In this document: positions 37,280 through 48,015 of the stretch, one piece after another | Numbering within the stretch: the stretch's first letter is position 1 | Layout: each line of letters opens with the position of its first letter | Assembly (NCBI GenBank): GCA_020199905.1 | Contig: JAIVJS010000071.1 | Location: forward strand, 8,668-72,667 | Source: Acidobacteriota bacterium | GTDB taxonomy: Bacteria > Acidobacteriota > Thermoanaerobaculia > UBA5066 > Gp7-AA6 | Direction of reading: 5' to 3' | Length of the DNA: 64,000 nt | Position numbers and translations under genes: made by a program | Notes under the pieces: model-generated | Seen by the model: the letters and a program-made list of their open reading frames with translations, nothing else | The model's database searches: none | What the model was told of the DNA's origin: nothing

Positions 37280-37686
37280 AAAAGGGCTACTGGATTGCCG
37301 CCGTCCTCGCCGCGGGGTTCATTCTTCTGGGAGTCACGGCCTTTCAAAAAACGCTCACGCCGTACCTCTCCTTCGACGAGGCCCGCCGCGCGCGAGGCAC
37401 CGTGCAGGTGATGGGCAGCCTCGACAAGCAGAGCGACCGGTACGACACCGGCCGGCAGGAGCTCTCGTTCGACATACTGGACGGGTCCGGCCACCGGATG
37501 CCCGTCGTCTATCGAGGGATCAAGCCGGGGAACTTCAAGGACGCAATCTCGGTCGTCGCCATCGGCCGCTATCAGAAGGGCCGCATCGACGCGGAGCGTC
37601 TTCTGGTCAAGTGCCCTTCCAAGTACCAGGGCGCGGAAGTCGAGAAGGCCTATGGGGCGTCTCCGAAGGCGGTGGGTCGGACCTGA
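37276..37686 (+). CDS. ccmE: cytochrome c maturation heme chaperone CcmE, CxxxY variant
   Basis: N-terminal TM plus OB-fold. The heme-binding motif is 'VKCPSKY' (CxxxY) in place of the canonical HxxxY. Confidence 0.8.
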   Translation: MKKGYWIAAVLAAGFILLGVTAFQKTLTPYLSFDEARRARGTVQVMGSLDKQSDRYDTGRQELSFDILDGSGHRMPVVYRGIKPGNFKDAISVVAIGRYQKGRIDAERLLVKCPSKYQGAEVEKAYGASPKAVGRT

Positions 37687-40043
37687 TGTCCTACTTCTGG
37701 CCCGGCGTGGCCGCCATCTGGGGCGCCCTGGCCGCCGGGACGGCCTCTCTCGTTCTCTATCTCCGGGCCGACCGCGGACGACCGCACCTCATTCCCCTGG
37801 CGCGCAGCGCCTACGCCGCGTTCGCGACCTGCATCGTGGCGGCGTGCGGGGTTCTCCTGGCGCTCCTTCTCCAGCACCGCTTCGACGTCTCGTACGTCAA
37901 TGCCTATTCGGCCCGCGACCTTCCCCTTCACTTCCTGATCTCGTCTTTCTGGGGAGGCCAGGAAGGATCGTTCCTGCTCTGGTGCTTCTGGGGCGCGATC
38001 ATCGGGCTCGTCGTCTGGCGCAGCGCGAAGGAGCAGGAGGCCCCCGTGATGGTGGTCTACCTCGCGACGTTCCTCGGAATCGTGGCGATTCTCTGCCGCC
38101 AGAGCCCCTTCCGCGTTCTCCCGGGCGCCCCTCCCGCCGACGGCGTCGGATTGAATCCACTGCTTCAGGACCCGTGGATGGTCATCCACCCGCCCGTCAT
38201 GTTCTCGGGCTTCGCCTCGCTCTCCGTCCCGTTCGCGTTCGCCATCGCGGCGCTCTGGAAGAAACGATGGGACGGATGGGTCACGCGTGCGATCCCCTGG
38301 GCCCTGTTCACCTTCGTGACGCTCGGGACCGCCATCCTGATGGGCGGGTACTGGGCGTACAAGACGCTCGGGTGGGGCGGCTACTGGGGATGGGATCCCG
38401 TCGAGAACACGAGCCTCGTCCCCTGGCTCTTCACCGCGGCACTCGTCCACGGGATGTTCCTCCAACGCGTGAAGAAGCGGCATCGCAAGGTCAACCTCAT
38501 CCTCGCGTGCGTCTCATACGTCGCGATCCTGTACGGGACGTTTCTCACGCGGTCCGGAGTCCTGGCGGACTTCTCCGTGCATTCGTTCATCGACCTGGGA
38601 ATCACGGGGTGGCTCGTCGGCATCCTCCTCGGGTTCCTCGTCGGGTCCGCCGCCCTGATCGGGTGGAGATGGCGCTCGATACCCTCGGTGCAGGAGGAAG
38701 ACCCGGCGCTTCTCTCCCGCAGCGTTCTCTTCATCCTCGGGATCGCGGCGTTCTGCGCGCTCGGGTTCGTGATCCTCCTCGGAACGTCGGCGCCGCTCCT
38801 GACCCGGCTGACCGGGAACCCGTCGCAGGTCCAGGCGAGCTTCTACAACCAGACGACGTCCCCCGCCGCGGCGCTGCTGGTCCTGCTCGCGGCGCTCGTT
38901 CCGTTCGTCTCCTGGAAGGGCGACACGGCCGGATCCCTCGCCCGCAGCGCCCGCCGGTCTCTGCTCGTCGGCGGGGCGATTCTGGTCGTCGCCGCGATCG
39001 CGGGAGCGCGCGATCCGCTGACCCTCGTCCTCCTCTTTTTCGCCGCGTTCTCGGCGGACATGAATCTGCGGGCGGTCACCCGCAAGGCGCGCACCGGGAA
39101 GTTCGGCGGCGCCGGCGGGTACCTCGCGCACGTCGGGGTCGGCATCTTCCTCGCCGGAGTGGCTGTTTCGGGCGTCTACGCGAAGTCCACCCGCATGACC
39201 CTTCCCGCCGGCAAACCGGTCCGAGCGGGCGACTCGACGCTCACGTTTCTCCGCGTCGTGCCGGGAACGGCGACGTCGAAGCAGGCGATGGAAGTGCGCG
39301 TCGAGTCCGCCGGCGGAAGAGTCGGCTATCTCTATCCGAAGATGTACGTGAATTCGAAAACGAACCAGTTGATGGCAAACCCCGCGATCCGCAACTCTCC
39401 CCTGTTCGATTTCTACGTCGCCCCGCAGTCCTACGATCCGGGGCAGGCCGAGCAATTCGGCCGCGAGGTGCGGCTGACGAAAGGCACGACGACGAACATC
39501 GAGGGGACGGGATTCACCTTCCGCGAGTTCAACGCCGATCGCGCCGCGATGCTGCGGGGCGAAAAGTCGATGCTGGTGCTGACCGAGCTGACCGTGACTC
39601 CGCCCGACGGCACGAAGCACGACATCACGGCGCGCTACGTCTTCCACACCGACGGCCAGCCGGCGGACTCGCCGGAGGTCGCGATACCCGGCCTCTCGAA
39701 TGCGTTTCTCCAGGTCCTGGCCGTTTCGCCCACCGACGGCGCCGTCGTCCTCAAGATGCGCGGCGTCTCCAGGGACCCCGCCGCCGAGCACCAGGCCGCG
39801 ACCGTCGAGAGCCTCTCGGTCGACGTGACCCGCAAGCCTCTGATCTCTCTCGTCTGGGGAGGGTTCTACGTGATGATGGCGGGCGCCCTGCTCGCGCTCG
39901 TCAAACGGTCGCGGGAGGCGCGCCGCGCCGTCGCCGCTCTGGAAGCCGAGCCCGGACCGCGCATCCCGGCGGGCTCGACGGCCCCGGGGACCGCCCCCGC
40001 CGTCGGTCCGGCCGTGCCCGTGCATCTTCGCTCCCCCCTCTGA
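37686..40043 (+). CDS. ccmF: cytochrome c-type biogenesis protein CcmF (with C-terminal extension)
   Basis: WWD motif 'WGGYWGWDPVEN', multiple TM. ATG at 37686 overlaps the ccmE stop. About 785 aa. Confidence 0.9.
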   Translation: MSYFWPGVAAIWGALAAGTASLVLYLRADRGRPHLIPLARSAYAAFATCIVAACGVLLALLLQHRFDVSYVNAYSARDLPLHFLISSFWGGQEGSFLLWCFWGAIIGLVVWRSAKEQEAPVMVVYLATFLGIVAILCRQSPFRVLPGAPPADGVGLNPLLQDPWMVIHPPVMFSGFASLSVPFAFAIAALWKKRWDGWVTRAIPWALFTFVTLGTAILMGGYWAYKTLGWGGYWGWDPVENTSLVPWLFTAALVHGMFLQRVKKRHRKVNLILACVSYVAILYGTFLTRSGVLADFSVHSFIDLGITGWLVGILLGFLVGSAALIGWRWRSIPSVQEEDPALLSRSVLFILGIAAFCALGFVILLGTSAPLLTRLTGNPSQVQASFYNQTTSPAAALLVLLAALVPFVSWKGDTAGSLARSARRSLLVGGAILVVAAIAGARDPLTLVLLFFAAFSADMNLRAVTRKARTGKFGGAGGYLAHVGVGIFLAGVAVSGVYAKSTRMTLPAGKPVRAGDSTLTFLRVVPGTATSKQAMEVRVESAGGRVGYLYPKMYVNSKTNQLMANPAIRNSPLFDFYVAPQSYDPGQAEQFGREVRLTKGTTTNIEGTGFTFREFNADRAAMLRGEKSMLVLTELTVTPPDGTKHDITARYVFHTDGQPADSPEVAIPGLSNAFLQVLAVSPTDGAVVLKMRGVSRDPAAEHQAATVESLSVDVTRKPLISLVWGGFYVMMAGALLALVKRSREARRAVAALEAEPGPRIPAGSTAPGTAPAVGPAVPVHLRSPL

Positions 40044-40126
40044 GCCCGGGCACCGAACGCCGTCCCGGCCCTCTTTGGCGGCATCCGGAACGGATCCTGC
40101 ATTTGGGGTTGTCTGGAGTGTGGATT

Positions 40127-41059
40127 ATGAAGACTCGAATGATCACCCTGGCGCTCCTCGTCTCCGGGGTCGCCGGATTCGCCGGGGCCCGGGCCCTCTA
40201 TCGCATCGATCTGCGGGGCAACACGTCGATCCTGACCCGGGATGAGCCCGTCGCGCACGGGAGTGTTCTCCTGTTCCACCGGCACCCGGACGGCCGGCTG
40301 ACCGGCGTGCCCTCGGAGTCGGTCGCCGGCGTCACGGCCGTGAGCGGATCCACAACAGTTCGGTCGACGACCACGACGGTCGCGAAGGCGCCGCGACTCG
40401 CGCGCACGGTCGCAACGCCCGCCGCGGCGGCGCCCGCCCGTCCGCTGGCGCCCGGCGAGGCCACCACGATCGGCACGACCGGCGGCGACGGCGCGCCGGG
40501 TTCCGCGCAGCCGCGGAATGCCGCCCAGCCTTCGGGAGCGCCGAGCCCCTCGGGCGACATCCGGGCGCGCGCCGCCGTGGATGCCCAGGTGTTCCCGGGT
40601 GACCTTCCCGCTCAGACCGGTAACACGGCCGGGGGCTCCGCGAACGGCACGATGAACGGCACGACGGCGATCAATCCGACGCTGACGGCGCCCGCGAACA
40701 CAACCGGGGCGACCGCGGCCAGCGCTTCCACCCCGGGCGCGTCGCAGCCGGTCGGCCCGAACGGGTTCCCGACGACGTCCGGCCCGGGCCCGCAGCCCGG
40801 AGCGGCGCAGCCGGTCAATCCCAACGGGTTCCCGGCGACGGGAACGGGGACGCCCGGCACGGCGACCGCCGGAACGGCGACGACCGGGACGGACATCGGC
40901 ACGGCGGCGGGTCAGACCGGAGCCACGACCTCGAATCAGGGCACGGCGAATCAGAACAATTCCAACGGGACGGCCACGACCACGGCTCCGGCCAACCCGA
41001 AAGCGAATCCTCCCGCCAACAACGGGGGCAAGCCCAACGGCTCGGGAAAGTCCAACTAA
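40127..41059 (+). CDS. secreted protein: conserved N-terminal 'LYRID...FHRHPDGRL' domain + long Thr/Gly/Ala/Asn/Pro-rich low-complexity tail
   Basis: Signal peptide 'MKTRMITLALLVSGVAGFAGA'. N-domain is paralogous to 49291..49866. Confidence 0.55.
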   Translation: MKTRMITLALLVSGVAGFAGARALYRIDLRGNTSILTRDEPVAHGSVLLFHRHPDGRLTGVPSESVAGVTAVSGSTTVRSTTTTVAKAPRLARTVATPAAAAPARPLAPGEATTIGTTGGDGAPGSAQPRNAAQPSGAPSPSGDIRARAAVDAQVFPGDLPAQTGNTAGGSANGTMNGTTAINPTLTAPANTTGATAASASTPGASQPVGPNGFPTTSGPGPQPGAAQPVNPNGFPATGTGTPGTATAGTATTGTDIGTAAGQTGATTSNQGTANQNNSNGTATTTAPANPKANPPANNGGKPNGSGKSN

Positions 41060-41091
41060 CCCGTCGCTCGGCCTCAGGCTCTCATCGCGAT

Positions 41092-41120
41092 CCGCCCGGC
41101 CCCGCCGGGCGGATTTGTCT
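41092..41120. terminator. GC hairpin + T-rich tract between convergent genes
   Basis: 'ccgcccggccccgccgggcgg' followed by 'atttgtctc'. Confidence 0.4.
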
Positions 41121-41866
41121 CAGCCGAACGGAATTTCGACTTCGAGCCCGTCCCGAGCGGCGACGGCGCGGCATTGCGGCGCGGACTTCCGGGCGAGCTC
41201 CTCGATCGCGATCTCGAGGTCCCGATCCCCCATCCCGATCGGCGCTTCGCCGAAATGCGAAAACACCGCCTCCGGCACCCGGGCTTTTCCCAGCCACCCG
41301 AGCTGGGCCCGGATCGTGGTGTGGCCGACGAGAACACCGCTTCCATGGCGCCGCACCAGAGACGCGGTGAGCGTCGACCCGTCGCCGACATAGGCGTCGG
41401 CGCCCGCGAGGGCCTGGTCGCGTGCCGCGGCGTTCTCGAAGCTCACGATGTCGCCCGAGTAGACGAGGGTTCCCTCCGGCGTCTCGATCCGGGCGGCGAT
41501 ACAGGGGCATCGAAGAGAGTGGACGACGTCGAACGTCGTGAGCCGAAACGGGCCGAGAGTCTGCGCGACACCGGGCACGGAGCGGACCCGCTTCGCGATC
41601 GGGAATTCGGAGAGCAGCGCATGCGTGGCCTCCGACGCGAGGACGGGAACGTCGGTGCCCTCCGCGAGTCCCCACGCGTGATCGGGATGCGCGTGCGACA
41701 CGAAGACGGCGTCGGGGGCGATCTTCGCCAGCCCGCCCCGGCGGTTCTCCCCGAAATCGCACAGCAGCCGGAAACCGGCCGCCTCGATCGTGAACGCCGA
41801 GTGGCCGGCGTGCGACGGCGACGTCGCGTCGACGTATCCCTTCGTGCCGAAGAAGCGGAGGAGCAT
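41120..41866 (-). CDS. MBL-fold metallo-hydrolase
   Basis: 'HAHPDH' metal-binding motif. Confidence 0.8.
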   Translation of the reverse strand: MLLRFFGTKGYVDATSPSHAGHSAFTIEAAGFRLLCDFGENRRGGLAKIAPDAVFVSHAHPDHAWGLAEGTDVPVLASEATHALLSEFPIAKRVRSVPGVAQTLGPFRLTTFDVVHSLRCPCIAARIETPEGTLVYSGDIVSFENAAARDQALAGADAYVGDGSTLTASLVRRHGSGVLVGHTTIRAQLGWLGKARVPEAVFSHFGEAPIGMGDRDLEIAIEELARKSAPQCRAVAARDGLEVEIPFG

Positions 41867-41899
41867 GGGGAGAAGAGTAGTCGAGCGTTGAGCGTTGGT

Positions 41900-42010
41900 C
41901 GTTCAGGACCAATTCCCGATTGCCGGTCCAGTTGACCGCGGAGGACCGCGGCCGTCTCGCTCCCGTTGGTCGCTCGGCTCCGTTTTCCGTTTCCGGATCT
42001 CCGATCCCCG
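41900..42010 (+). repeat. dispersed ~80-bp intergenic repeat, copy C (preceded by CGTTGAG heptamer repeats at 41871-41898)
   Basis: 'aattcccgattgccggtccagttgaccgcggaggaccgcggccgtctcgctcccgttggtcgctcggctcc'. Confidence 0.8.
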
Positions 42011-42023
42011 GTACCATTCCCGC

Positions 42024-42881
42024 ATGCGCGTCGGCGATCTGCGGCTCGACATCGTGGCGGACGCTCACTTCCGGCTGGACGGCGGCGCCATGTTCGGCGT
42101 CGTTCCGAAGGTGCTCTGGGAGCGGAAGTTTCCAGCGGACGACAAGAACCGGATCGGTCTCGCCACCAACTGCCTCCTCGTGCGGGGGGAAGGCTTCACC
42201 GCTCTCGTCGAATGCGGCCTCGGGGCGAAGTGGGATGACCGGGGACGGGAGCTGTACGCGATCGCCAGCTCGCCGACTCTCGGCGCATCGCTCGCCGCCC
42301 TCGGGGTCAAGGCGGAGGAAATAGACGCCCTCGTGCTCTCGCACCTTCACTTCGACCATGCCGGGGGCGCGACGCGCCTCGAGAACGGCCGGGCGGTCCC
42401 GGCCTTTCCGAACGCGACCCTCTACGTCCAGTCCGAGGAGCTCGCCCACGCTCGCGCGCCTCATGAGCGCGATCGCGCCTCGTACGACGCGGCGAACTGG
42501 GAGCCCTATGCGGCGGCGGGGCGGCTCGAAGGCCTCGACGGCGAGGTCGAGGTCCGGCCGGGACTGCGCGTCGTTCCGCTCCCGGGACACAACGCGGGGA
42601 TGCAGGCGGTTCGCATCGACTCGGGCGCGCAAACGGCCTTCTATTTTGCCGACGCGCTTCCCACCTCAGCGCACGTTCCCCTGCCCTGGATGATGGGATA
42701 CGACCTCTATCCGGTCGAGCTGCTCGAAAACAAGAGGCGTCTGCTCGCCGAAGCCGTCCGCGAACGGTGGCTGTGCGTCTTCGAGCACGATCCGGATGTC
42801 CCATGGGGAGTCATCGTCGACGAGCCGGACGGGAAGAGGCGCGTCCACGTCGTGCCGGTTCTCCAGGAACACTTCGACTGA
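42024..42881 (+). CDS. MBL-fold metallo-hydrolase
   Basis: 'HLHFDH' motif. Divergent from the other MBL gene. Confidence 0.8.
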   Translation: MRVGDLRLDIVADAHFRLDGGAMFGVVPKVLWERKFPADDKNRIGLATNCLLVRGEGFTALVECGLGAKWDDRGRELYAIASSPTLGASLAALGVKAEEIDALVLSHLHFDHAGGATRLENGRAVPAFPNATLYVQSEELAHARAPHERDRASYDAANWEPYAAAGRLEGLDGEVEVRPGLRVVPLPGHNAGMQAVRIDSGAQTAFYFADALPTSAHVPLPWMMGYDLYPVELLENKRRLLAEAVRERWLCVFEHDPDVPWGVIVDEPDGKRRVHVVPVLQEHFD

Positions 42882-42927
42882 AAAGCGCCACGCGGGCCTT
42901 CCTGCGGCTCCGCCCCTCCAGGGGACT

Positions 42928-44907
42928 ATGATCCTTTCCCTCCTCTTCCTCTCCGTTCCGGCCCTGCTGACTTACGTCCTCTTGGATCGCGCGTCGCTCT
43001 TCCGGTCGGGGCTCGCGCGAGGCTTCGCCGCGTGGGTCTTCGGGACGTTCGCCGCGACCACCGCCGTCTATGGCGTGGCGATGAGCCTCGCTCCCTGGAC
43101 GGACGGGGTGCTTCGTAAGGCCGCTCTCGCCATTGTCGCGGCTTCGGCGGGCGGCCTCCTTGTCGCGCGCCGGTCCGCCCTCCGATCCGCCCGCGCGATC
43201 GCTTTCTTCCGGCCGACGCGGGCCGCAGCCGGAAAGGCTCTCTTTCTGATCGCCTGCGGCGCGTTCTCGTTTTTCTTCTACCGGCCCCACATGGCTCAGA
43301 CGCCGGAGGCCCTCTTCCGCAGCCCCGTCTACTGGGACCTGAACGTGCACGCACCCATCGTCCAGAACTTCGCGTTCGGCGACAACTTCCCGGCGCAGAA
43401 CGAGTCCTTCGCCGGGGCTCCGGAGACGTACCACTTCTTCTTCGACCTCCTGACCGCCGTCCCGGTGGCGTTCGGAGTGCGGCTCGCCCCCGCGTTCCTG
43501 CTCGTCAGCGCGGCGAGCCTTTTCGCGGTGCTCGGACTTCTCGCGGGCTTCGCGGAGGAGCTCGGCGGCGGTCCCGGCGCCGGCATGCTGGCGGCCATGC
43601 TCGCGTGCACGTCGAGCAGCCTGCGTTTCGTAGACGCCCTCGCGCCCCGCGCCGGCCGCTCTCTCACCGGCGGTGTCGCAGACCTTTTGACGCGCCGCGA
43701 CCATCCGTATCTCGCCTCGTTCGTCGCCGGGAATCCGTTCGCCTACAACGGGACGATGTTCAACCTCTTCTATTTTCTGGAAGAGCGCCAGCTCGTCTTC
43801 GCTTCCGCATTCCTTCTCTCCTCCGTTCTTCTACTTTCGACGCGCGACCGATGGAGCATCCCGTTCTGTGTGGCCGCGGGGGCCGCGTTCGGGCTGTTCG
43901 CGCTCTGGCACCTGTTCGTCACGATCTCTCTCGGCCTGGCGATCGTGTGGCTCCTCGCCGCGGCGCCCGGGCGCCGGAAGACCGCGGCGGTCCTGATCGG
44001 GATGGCCATCTCGGGGGGCGCGTTCCTGGCGTGGGTCGCGTGGGTCTCGCGGCCGGAATTCTTCGTCCCGGGCGGCCGCCCCGCGCTGCGCTGGAACCCG
44101 GCGTTCTCGACGATGCCGGGCGGGCCGCCCTTCTCGCTGTTCCACGCACTCGGATACTGGCTCTACGGCTGGGGGCTCAAGGCGATCCTCGGGGTGGCGG
44201 GCCTCATCGTGGCGTATCGGCGCCGCCCGCGCCTCTTCGACGCGCTCGCGTCGATTCTCGTTCCCACTTTTCTGCTGGTGAACACCGTGCAGGTGCTCCC
44301 GCTGTCCGTTTACGACAATCACAAATGGCTGCGCCCGATGAACCTCTTCCTCGACCTCGCCGCGGGGCTCTTCGTGACGGAGAAGATCTGGCGCTGGCGC
44401 CGCCACGTCGCGGTCCGCCGGGCCGCGCTCGCGGCCTCCATGGCCCTGATGACCTTCTCCGGCGTCCTCGAGCTCGTTCCGTTCTGGCGCAGCCGGCCAA
44501 CGGTCTTCTACGCGCCTTACCCGACCGGGCTGACGCGCGTCGTGCGAGAGCTCACGGCGCCGAGGGACGTCTTCGCGTCGTTCGAAGCCAACGCCCTCCA
44601 CATGGCGGGCCGCAGACTCTTCCTCGGCAACGACTCGGACGAGCGGGGGACGGCCTCCCTGGTCGCCTCAGCCGGCTTCGACGTCGCCAGGAGGCAAAAG
44701 GAGCTGATCGACCTCTACGGCGCTACGACCCGGCGGCAGTTCTGCGACGTCGCCCGCCGCAACGGGATCGCGTGGGTCGAAGTCGAGCGAGGGCGGAAGG
44801 CCGCCTCCGGGGCAGACGGCCGCGCGCCCGGATTCGAGGCTCTCTCTCCTCACGGCCGACTCCTCCACTTCCTCGACGTGGAGAGCTTCTGCGGGATCAG
44901 GCCGTAG
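42928..44907 (+). CDS. large polytopic membrane protein (about 14 TM; possibly a PMT/ArnT-like glycosyltransferase fold)
   Basis: 659 aa, many TM helices. ATG at about 42928. Confidence 0.5.
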   Translation: MILSLLFLSVPALLTYVLLDRASLFRSGLARGFAAWVFGTFAATTAVYGVAMSLAPWTDGVLRKAALAIVAASAGGLLVARRSALRSARAIAFFRPTRAAAGKALFLIACGAFSFFFYRPHMAQTPEALFRSPVYWDLNVHAPIVQNFAFGDNFPAQNESFAGAPETYHFFFDLLTAVPVAFGVRLAPAFLLVSAASLFAVLGLLAGFAEELGGGPGAGMLAAMLACTSSSLRFVDALAPRAGRSLTGGVADLLTRRDHPYLASFVAGNPFAYNGTMFNLFYFLEERQLVFASAFLLSSVLLLSTRDRWSIPFCVAAGAAFGLFALWHLFVTISLGLAIVWLLAAAPGRRKTAAVLIGMAISGGAFLAWVAWVSRPEFFVPGGRPALRWNPAFSTMPGGPPFSLFHALGYWLYGWGLKAILGVAGLIVAYRRRPRLFDALASILVPTFLLVNTVQVLPLSVYDNHKWLRPMNLFLDLAAGLFVTEKIWRWRRHVAVRRAALAASMALMTFSGVLELVPFWRSRPTVFYAPYPTGLTRVVRELTAPRDVFASFEANALHMAGRRLFLGNDSDERGTASLVASAGFDVARRQKELIDLYGATTRRQFCDVARRNGIAWVEVERGRKAASGADGRAPGFEALSPHGRLLHFLDVESFCGIRP

Positions 44908-44926
44908 CCGCGCGGTCCGGCTCGAA

Positions 44927-46099
44927 TCAGACTTCCCGCAAGGCCGTCGTGATCTTCAGCCGCGACGCGCGCCACGCCGGGAAGAATCCTCCGAACACGC
45001 CCATCGCGAGCGAGAACGCGATCCCTCCGGCGATCAGCGGGGGCGTCAGGCGGAAGTTGAACAGGACTTCGGAGAAGGTCCGGAAGTTCATGGTCCCCGT
45101 CGGCTTCGTCAGGATCAGATTGAAGAGGATGAACGCCAGCGTCGTCCCCGCGATGCCGCCCGCCACGCAGAGCAGGAGGGCCTCGAGGATGAAGGAGGCG
45201 AGCACCGATCTCCGCGAGAATCCGATCGCCCGGAGAGTTCCGATCTCGCGCGTCCGCGCCGAGACCTGCGCGTACATCGTGTTCATGGCGCCGAACGACG
45301 CCCCGATGGCGGTGAAGACGCCGACCAGGATCGCGAGCACCTTGATCGGCGCCCCCGTCACCATCTGCTCCTCGTAGTACTTCTTCTCCGTCTTTCCCTC
45401 GAGCTTCAGCCGCTGATCGCCCTTGACGGTCTCGATGTATCGGGCCGCCGCGTCCGGGTCACTGGCGCGGACGAAGACGGAGGAGAAGATCGGCCGCTTG
45501 GACTGCGCCTGCAGGTCTTTGGCGTCCACCCAGATCTCGGATTCGTACGCGCTGCCGGACCCGTCGAAGTGACCCACGATGATCCATCGGAAGGCGCCGG
45601 ATTTGATCCGGTCCCCGATCCCCATCCCCGCGAATCGCGTCGCGAGATTCTTCGACACGATGGCCTCGTTGGTGCCCGGATTCATGATGCGCCCGTCGAC
45701 GATCCGGACTCCCGGCCGCATCTCGAAACCGACCGGCCCGACGCCGCGGATCTGAACGTTCGAGCTCTTTCCATCCTGCCTGGGAATGTTGATGAGCGTC
45801 AGGAGCTCGGGGGAGACGAGCGGCTCGCCCTTGGCGTTGCGCTCGATCCCGGGAAGCGCGCGGATCATCTCGTAGGCATCCCGTGTCACGACGCTCTGCA
45901 TTTCCGCCTGGGAGCCGACGCGCATCGTGAGGACGTTGCGCGTGGACGCATTCACGGAGAGGGTCCGATTGACGCCCTGCCAGAGGGCGAGCACGAAGAG
46001 GAACACCGTCACGACGAGACAGATGACCAGGACCGTCATGCCGGTCGAGACCTTCCGATTGACGAGATTGCGCGCGTTGTACTTGATCGGGATCGCCAT
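44927..46099 (-). CDS. ABC transporter permease, FtsX/MacB-like
   Basis: 4-TM FtsX-like with a large periplasmic loop. Confidence 0.85.
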   Translation of the reverse strand: MAIPIKYNARNLVNRKVSTGMTVLVICLVVTVFLFVLALWQGVNRTLSVNASTRNVLTMRVGSQAEMQSVVTRDAYEMIRALPGIERNAKGEPLVSPELLTLINIPRQDGKSSNVQIRGVGPVGFEMRPGVRIVDGRIMNPGTNEAIVSKNLATRFAGMGIGDRIKSGAFRWIIVGHFDGSGSAYESEIWVDAKDLQAQSKRPIFSSVFVRASDPDAAARYIETVKGDQRLKLEGKTEKKYYEEQMVTGAPIKVLAILVGVFTAIGASFGAMNTMYAQVSARTREIGTLRAIGFSRRSVLASFILEALLLCVAGGIAGTTLAFILFNLILTKPTGTMNFRTFSEVLFNFRLTPPLIAGGIAFSLAMGVFGGFFPAWRASRLKITTALREV

Positions 46100-46100
46100 G

Positions 46101-47267
46101 TCACACCACCTGCCGCAGGCCGTCGACGATGCGGATCCGGCTCGAACGGATCGCCGGCACGAACCCCGCGAGCACCCCGACCCCGACGGAGATCAGGAAG
46201 GCGGCGAGCAGCACCGATCCCGTCACCTTGAAGTTGATGAGGAAAGGCGCCATGGGCGTCGTCGCCATGCCCTTGACCATTCCCGGCACGAAGAGATATT
46301 TCGCGAGCACGACCCCGAGGAGCCCGCCCAGAAGCGACATCAGCACGGCTTCCGAGAGGATGAACCCCAGGATGTGCCCCGGCCGGAACCCCAGCGTCCG
46401 CATGACCGAGATCTCCGTGACGCGCTCCCGGGCCGACATGGCCACGGTGTTGGCGACGATGAGAGTCACGGCGAAGAGGATGATCAGGGAGATCCAGCGG
46501 ATCAGGCCCTTGATGTTGCCCATCATCTCCATGAAGGACGCCTGGAACTGCTTTTCCGTGAGCGTCTTCGTCGGCGCGTCGCTGTTCTCGAACATCTTAT
46601 CGATCGTGGACGTCACCCGCGGCAGATCGGCGGCGTCGGCGACCTTCAGGTAGTAGATGCCGGTCACCCTGTTCGCCCCGAACCACTTCGCCTGATTCAG
46701 ATATTCGTTGTGGAAAAACGCGTTCGACTCGTCGCCGGACCGGTAAGCGCCGACGAACACGAGATCGAGCGTCACGGGAATGTACGTCCCGCGCAGCATG
46801 ATGTGCTCGCCCTTCTTCCAGTGGAACTTGTTCACGAGGCTCTGTCCGGCGACGAAGGAATTCTGCGTCGCACGGAACTCCTTCTCGATCGCGGGGTCGA
46901 TCGTCGCGTCGTCGAAGAGCTTGGTGAAGAAGATTTCGGGGTCGCAGGAGAGCTGCCCGAAGAAGTTTTCGGGCTTGTCGTCCCTGTAGACGCCGCCGAA
47001 CCAGATTTGCGGCGAGACCGCGACGACCCCGGGGATCTGCTCGATCCGCTGCCGCTGAGAGAGCGGAAGGAAATTCGCGAGCCCCGTCGCATGCTGCACG
47101 ACGAGCCGGTTGGACCCGCGGTTGCCCGACGGATCCTGCTCCATGGCCTGCAGCAGGCATGTGAGGACGACGATCAGGACGAGGACGAGCACGATCGAGC
47201 CGGTCGTCAGGACCGTGCGCGTCTTCTTGCGGAAGACGTTTCGCCAGACCAGGTTGAAGAACTTCAT
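46101..47267 (-). CDS. ABC transporter permease, FtsX/MacB-like
   Basis: Paralogue of the downstream permease. Confidence 0.85.
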   Translation of the reverse strand: MKFFNLVWRNVFRKKTRTVLTTGSIVLVLVLIVVLTCLLQAMEQDPSGNRGSNRLVVQHATGLANFLPLSQRQRIEQIPGVVAVSPQIWFGGVYRDDKPENFFGQLSCDPEIFFTKLFDDATIDPAIEKEFRATQNSFVAGQSLVNKFHWKKGEHIMLRGTYIPVTLDLVFVGAYRSGDESNAFFHNEYLNQAKWFGANRVTGIYYLKVADAADLPRVTSTIDKMFENSDAPTKTLTEKQFQASFMEMMGNIKGLIRWISLIILFAVTLIVANTVAMSARERVTEISVMRTLGFRPGHILGFILSEAVLMSLLGGLLGVVLAKYLFVPGMVKGMATTPMAPFLINFKVTGSVLLAAFLISVGVGVLAGFVPAIRSSRIRIVDGLRQVV

Positions 47268-47977
47268 GCCTTCCTGGCGGCCCCGGCCTCGGTCTGCTCA
47301 TCGGCATGGAGAACGCCCTTGTCGAGGTGGACCATGCGGTGAGCGCGCGCCGCGGCCTTCGGGTCGTGCGTCACCATGACGATCGTCTTACCGAACTCGG
47401 CGTTCAAGCGGTTCAAAAGAACGAGGATCTCTTCGGCGGACTTCGCGTCGAGGTCTCCCGTCGGCTCATCGGCGACGAGAATCGCGGGGTCGGAGACGAT
47501 CGCGCGAGCGATCGCGACACGCTGCTCCTGGCCGCCCGAGAGCTGGCGGGGGTAGTGGTCCATCCGGTCCTCGAGGCTCACGATCTTCAGCGCCGTCTCG
47601 ACATGCCGCCGGCGCTCGGCGCGCTTTAAGGGGGTCAGGAGCAGCGGGAGCTCCACGTTCTCGAACGCGGTCAGCACGGGCAGCAGGTTGTACAACTGGA
47701 AAATGAAGCCCACCGTCCGCGATCTCCAGCGGGCGAGCTCGCTCTGCCCGATGCGGGCGATGTCCTTTCCCCCGATGACGATCCGCCCCCGCGTCGGCTG
47801 GTCGATCCCGGCAATCAGATTCAGGAGCGTCGTCTTGCCTGAACCGGACGGACCCATGAGCGAGACGAACTCGCCCTGAAGGATCTCGAGGTTGACGTCG
47901 TTTAACACCGGGATTTCCAGCGCGTCGCGCCGGTAAACCTTCTCGACGTGCTCGATGGCGATCAGCGGTTCTGCCAT
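47264..47977 (-). CDS. ABC transporter ATP-binding protein (MacB/LolD-type)
   Basis: '[12 protein letters not shown]', '[14 protein letters not shown]', 'ADEPTGDLD'. Confidence 0.9.
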   Translation of the reverse strand: MAEPLIAIEHVEKVYRRDALEIPVLNDVNLEILQGEFVSLMGPSGSGKTTLLNLIAGIDQPTRGRIVIGGKDIARIGQSELARWRSRTVGFIFQLYNLLPVLTAFENVELPLLLTPLKRAERRRHVETALKIVSLEDRMDHYPRQLSGGQEQRVAIARAIVSDPAILVADEPTGDLDAKSAEEILVLLNRLNAEFGKTIVMVTHDPKAAARAHRMVHLDKGVLHADEQTEAGAARKA

Positions 47978-48015
47978 GGGACCTCCTTCTCTCTCCTCGC
48001 GTGCCCGAACCCTTC

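Noticed and set aside
37652-40120. 1135-aa + ORF overlapping ccmF in another frame
   Set aside because: Only its last 311 codons (40127..41059, secreted low-complexity protein) are credible. The rest is an Arg/Pro-rich shadow of ccmF.
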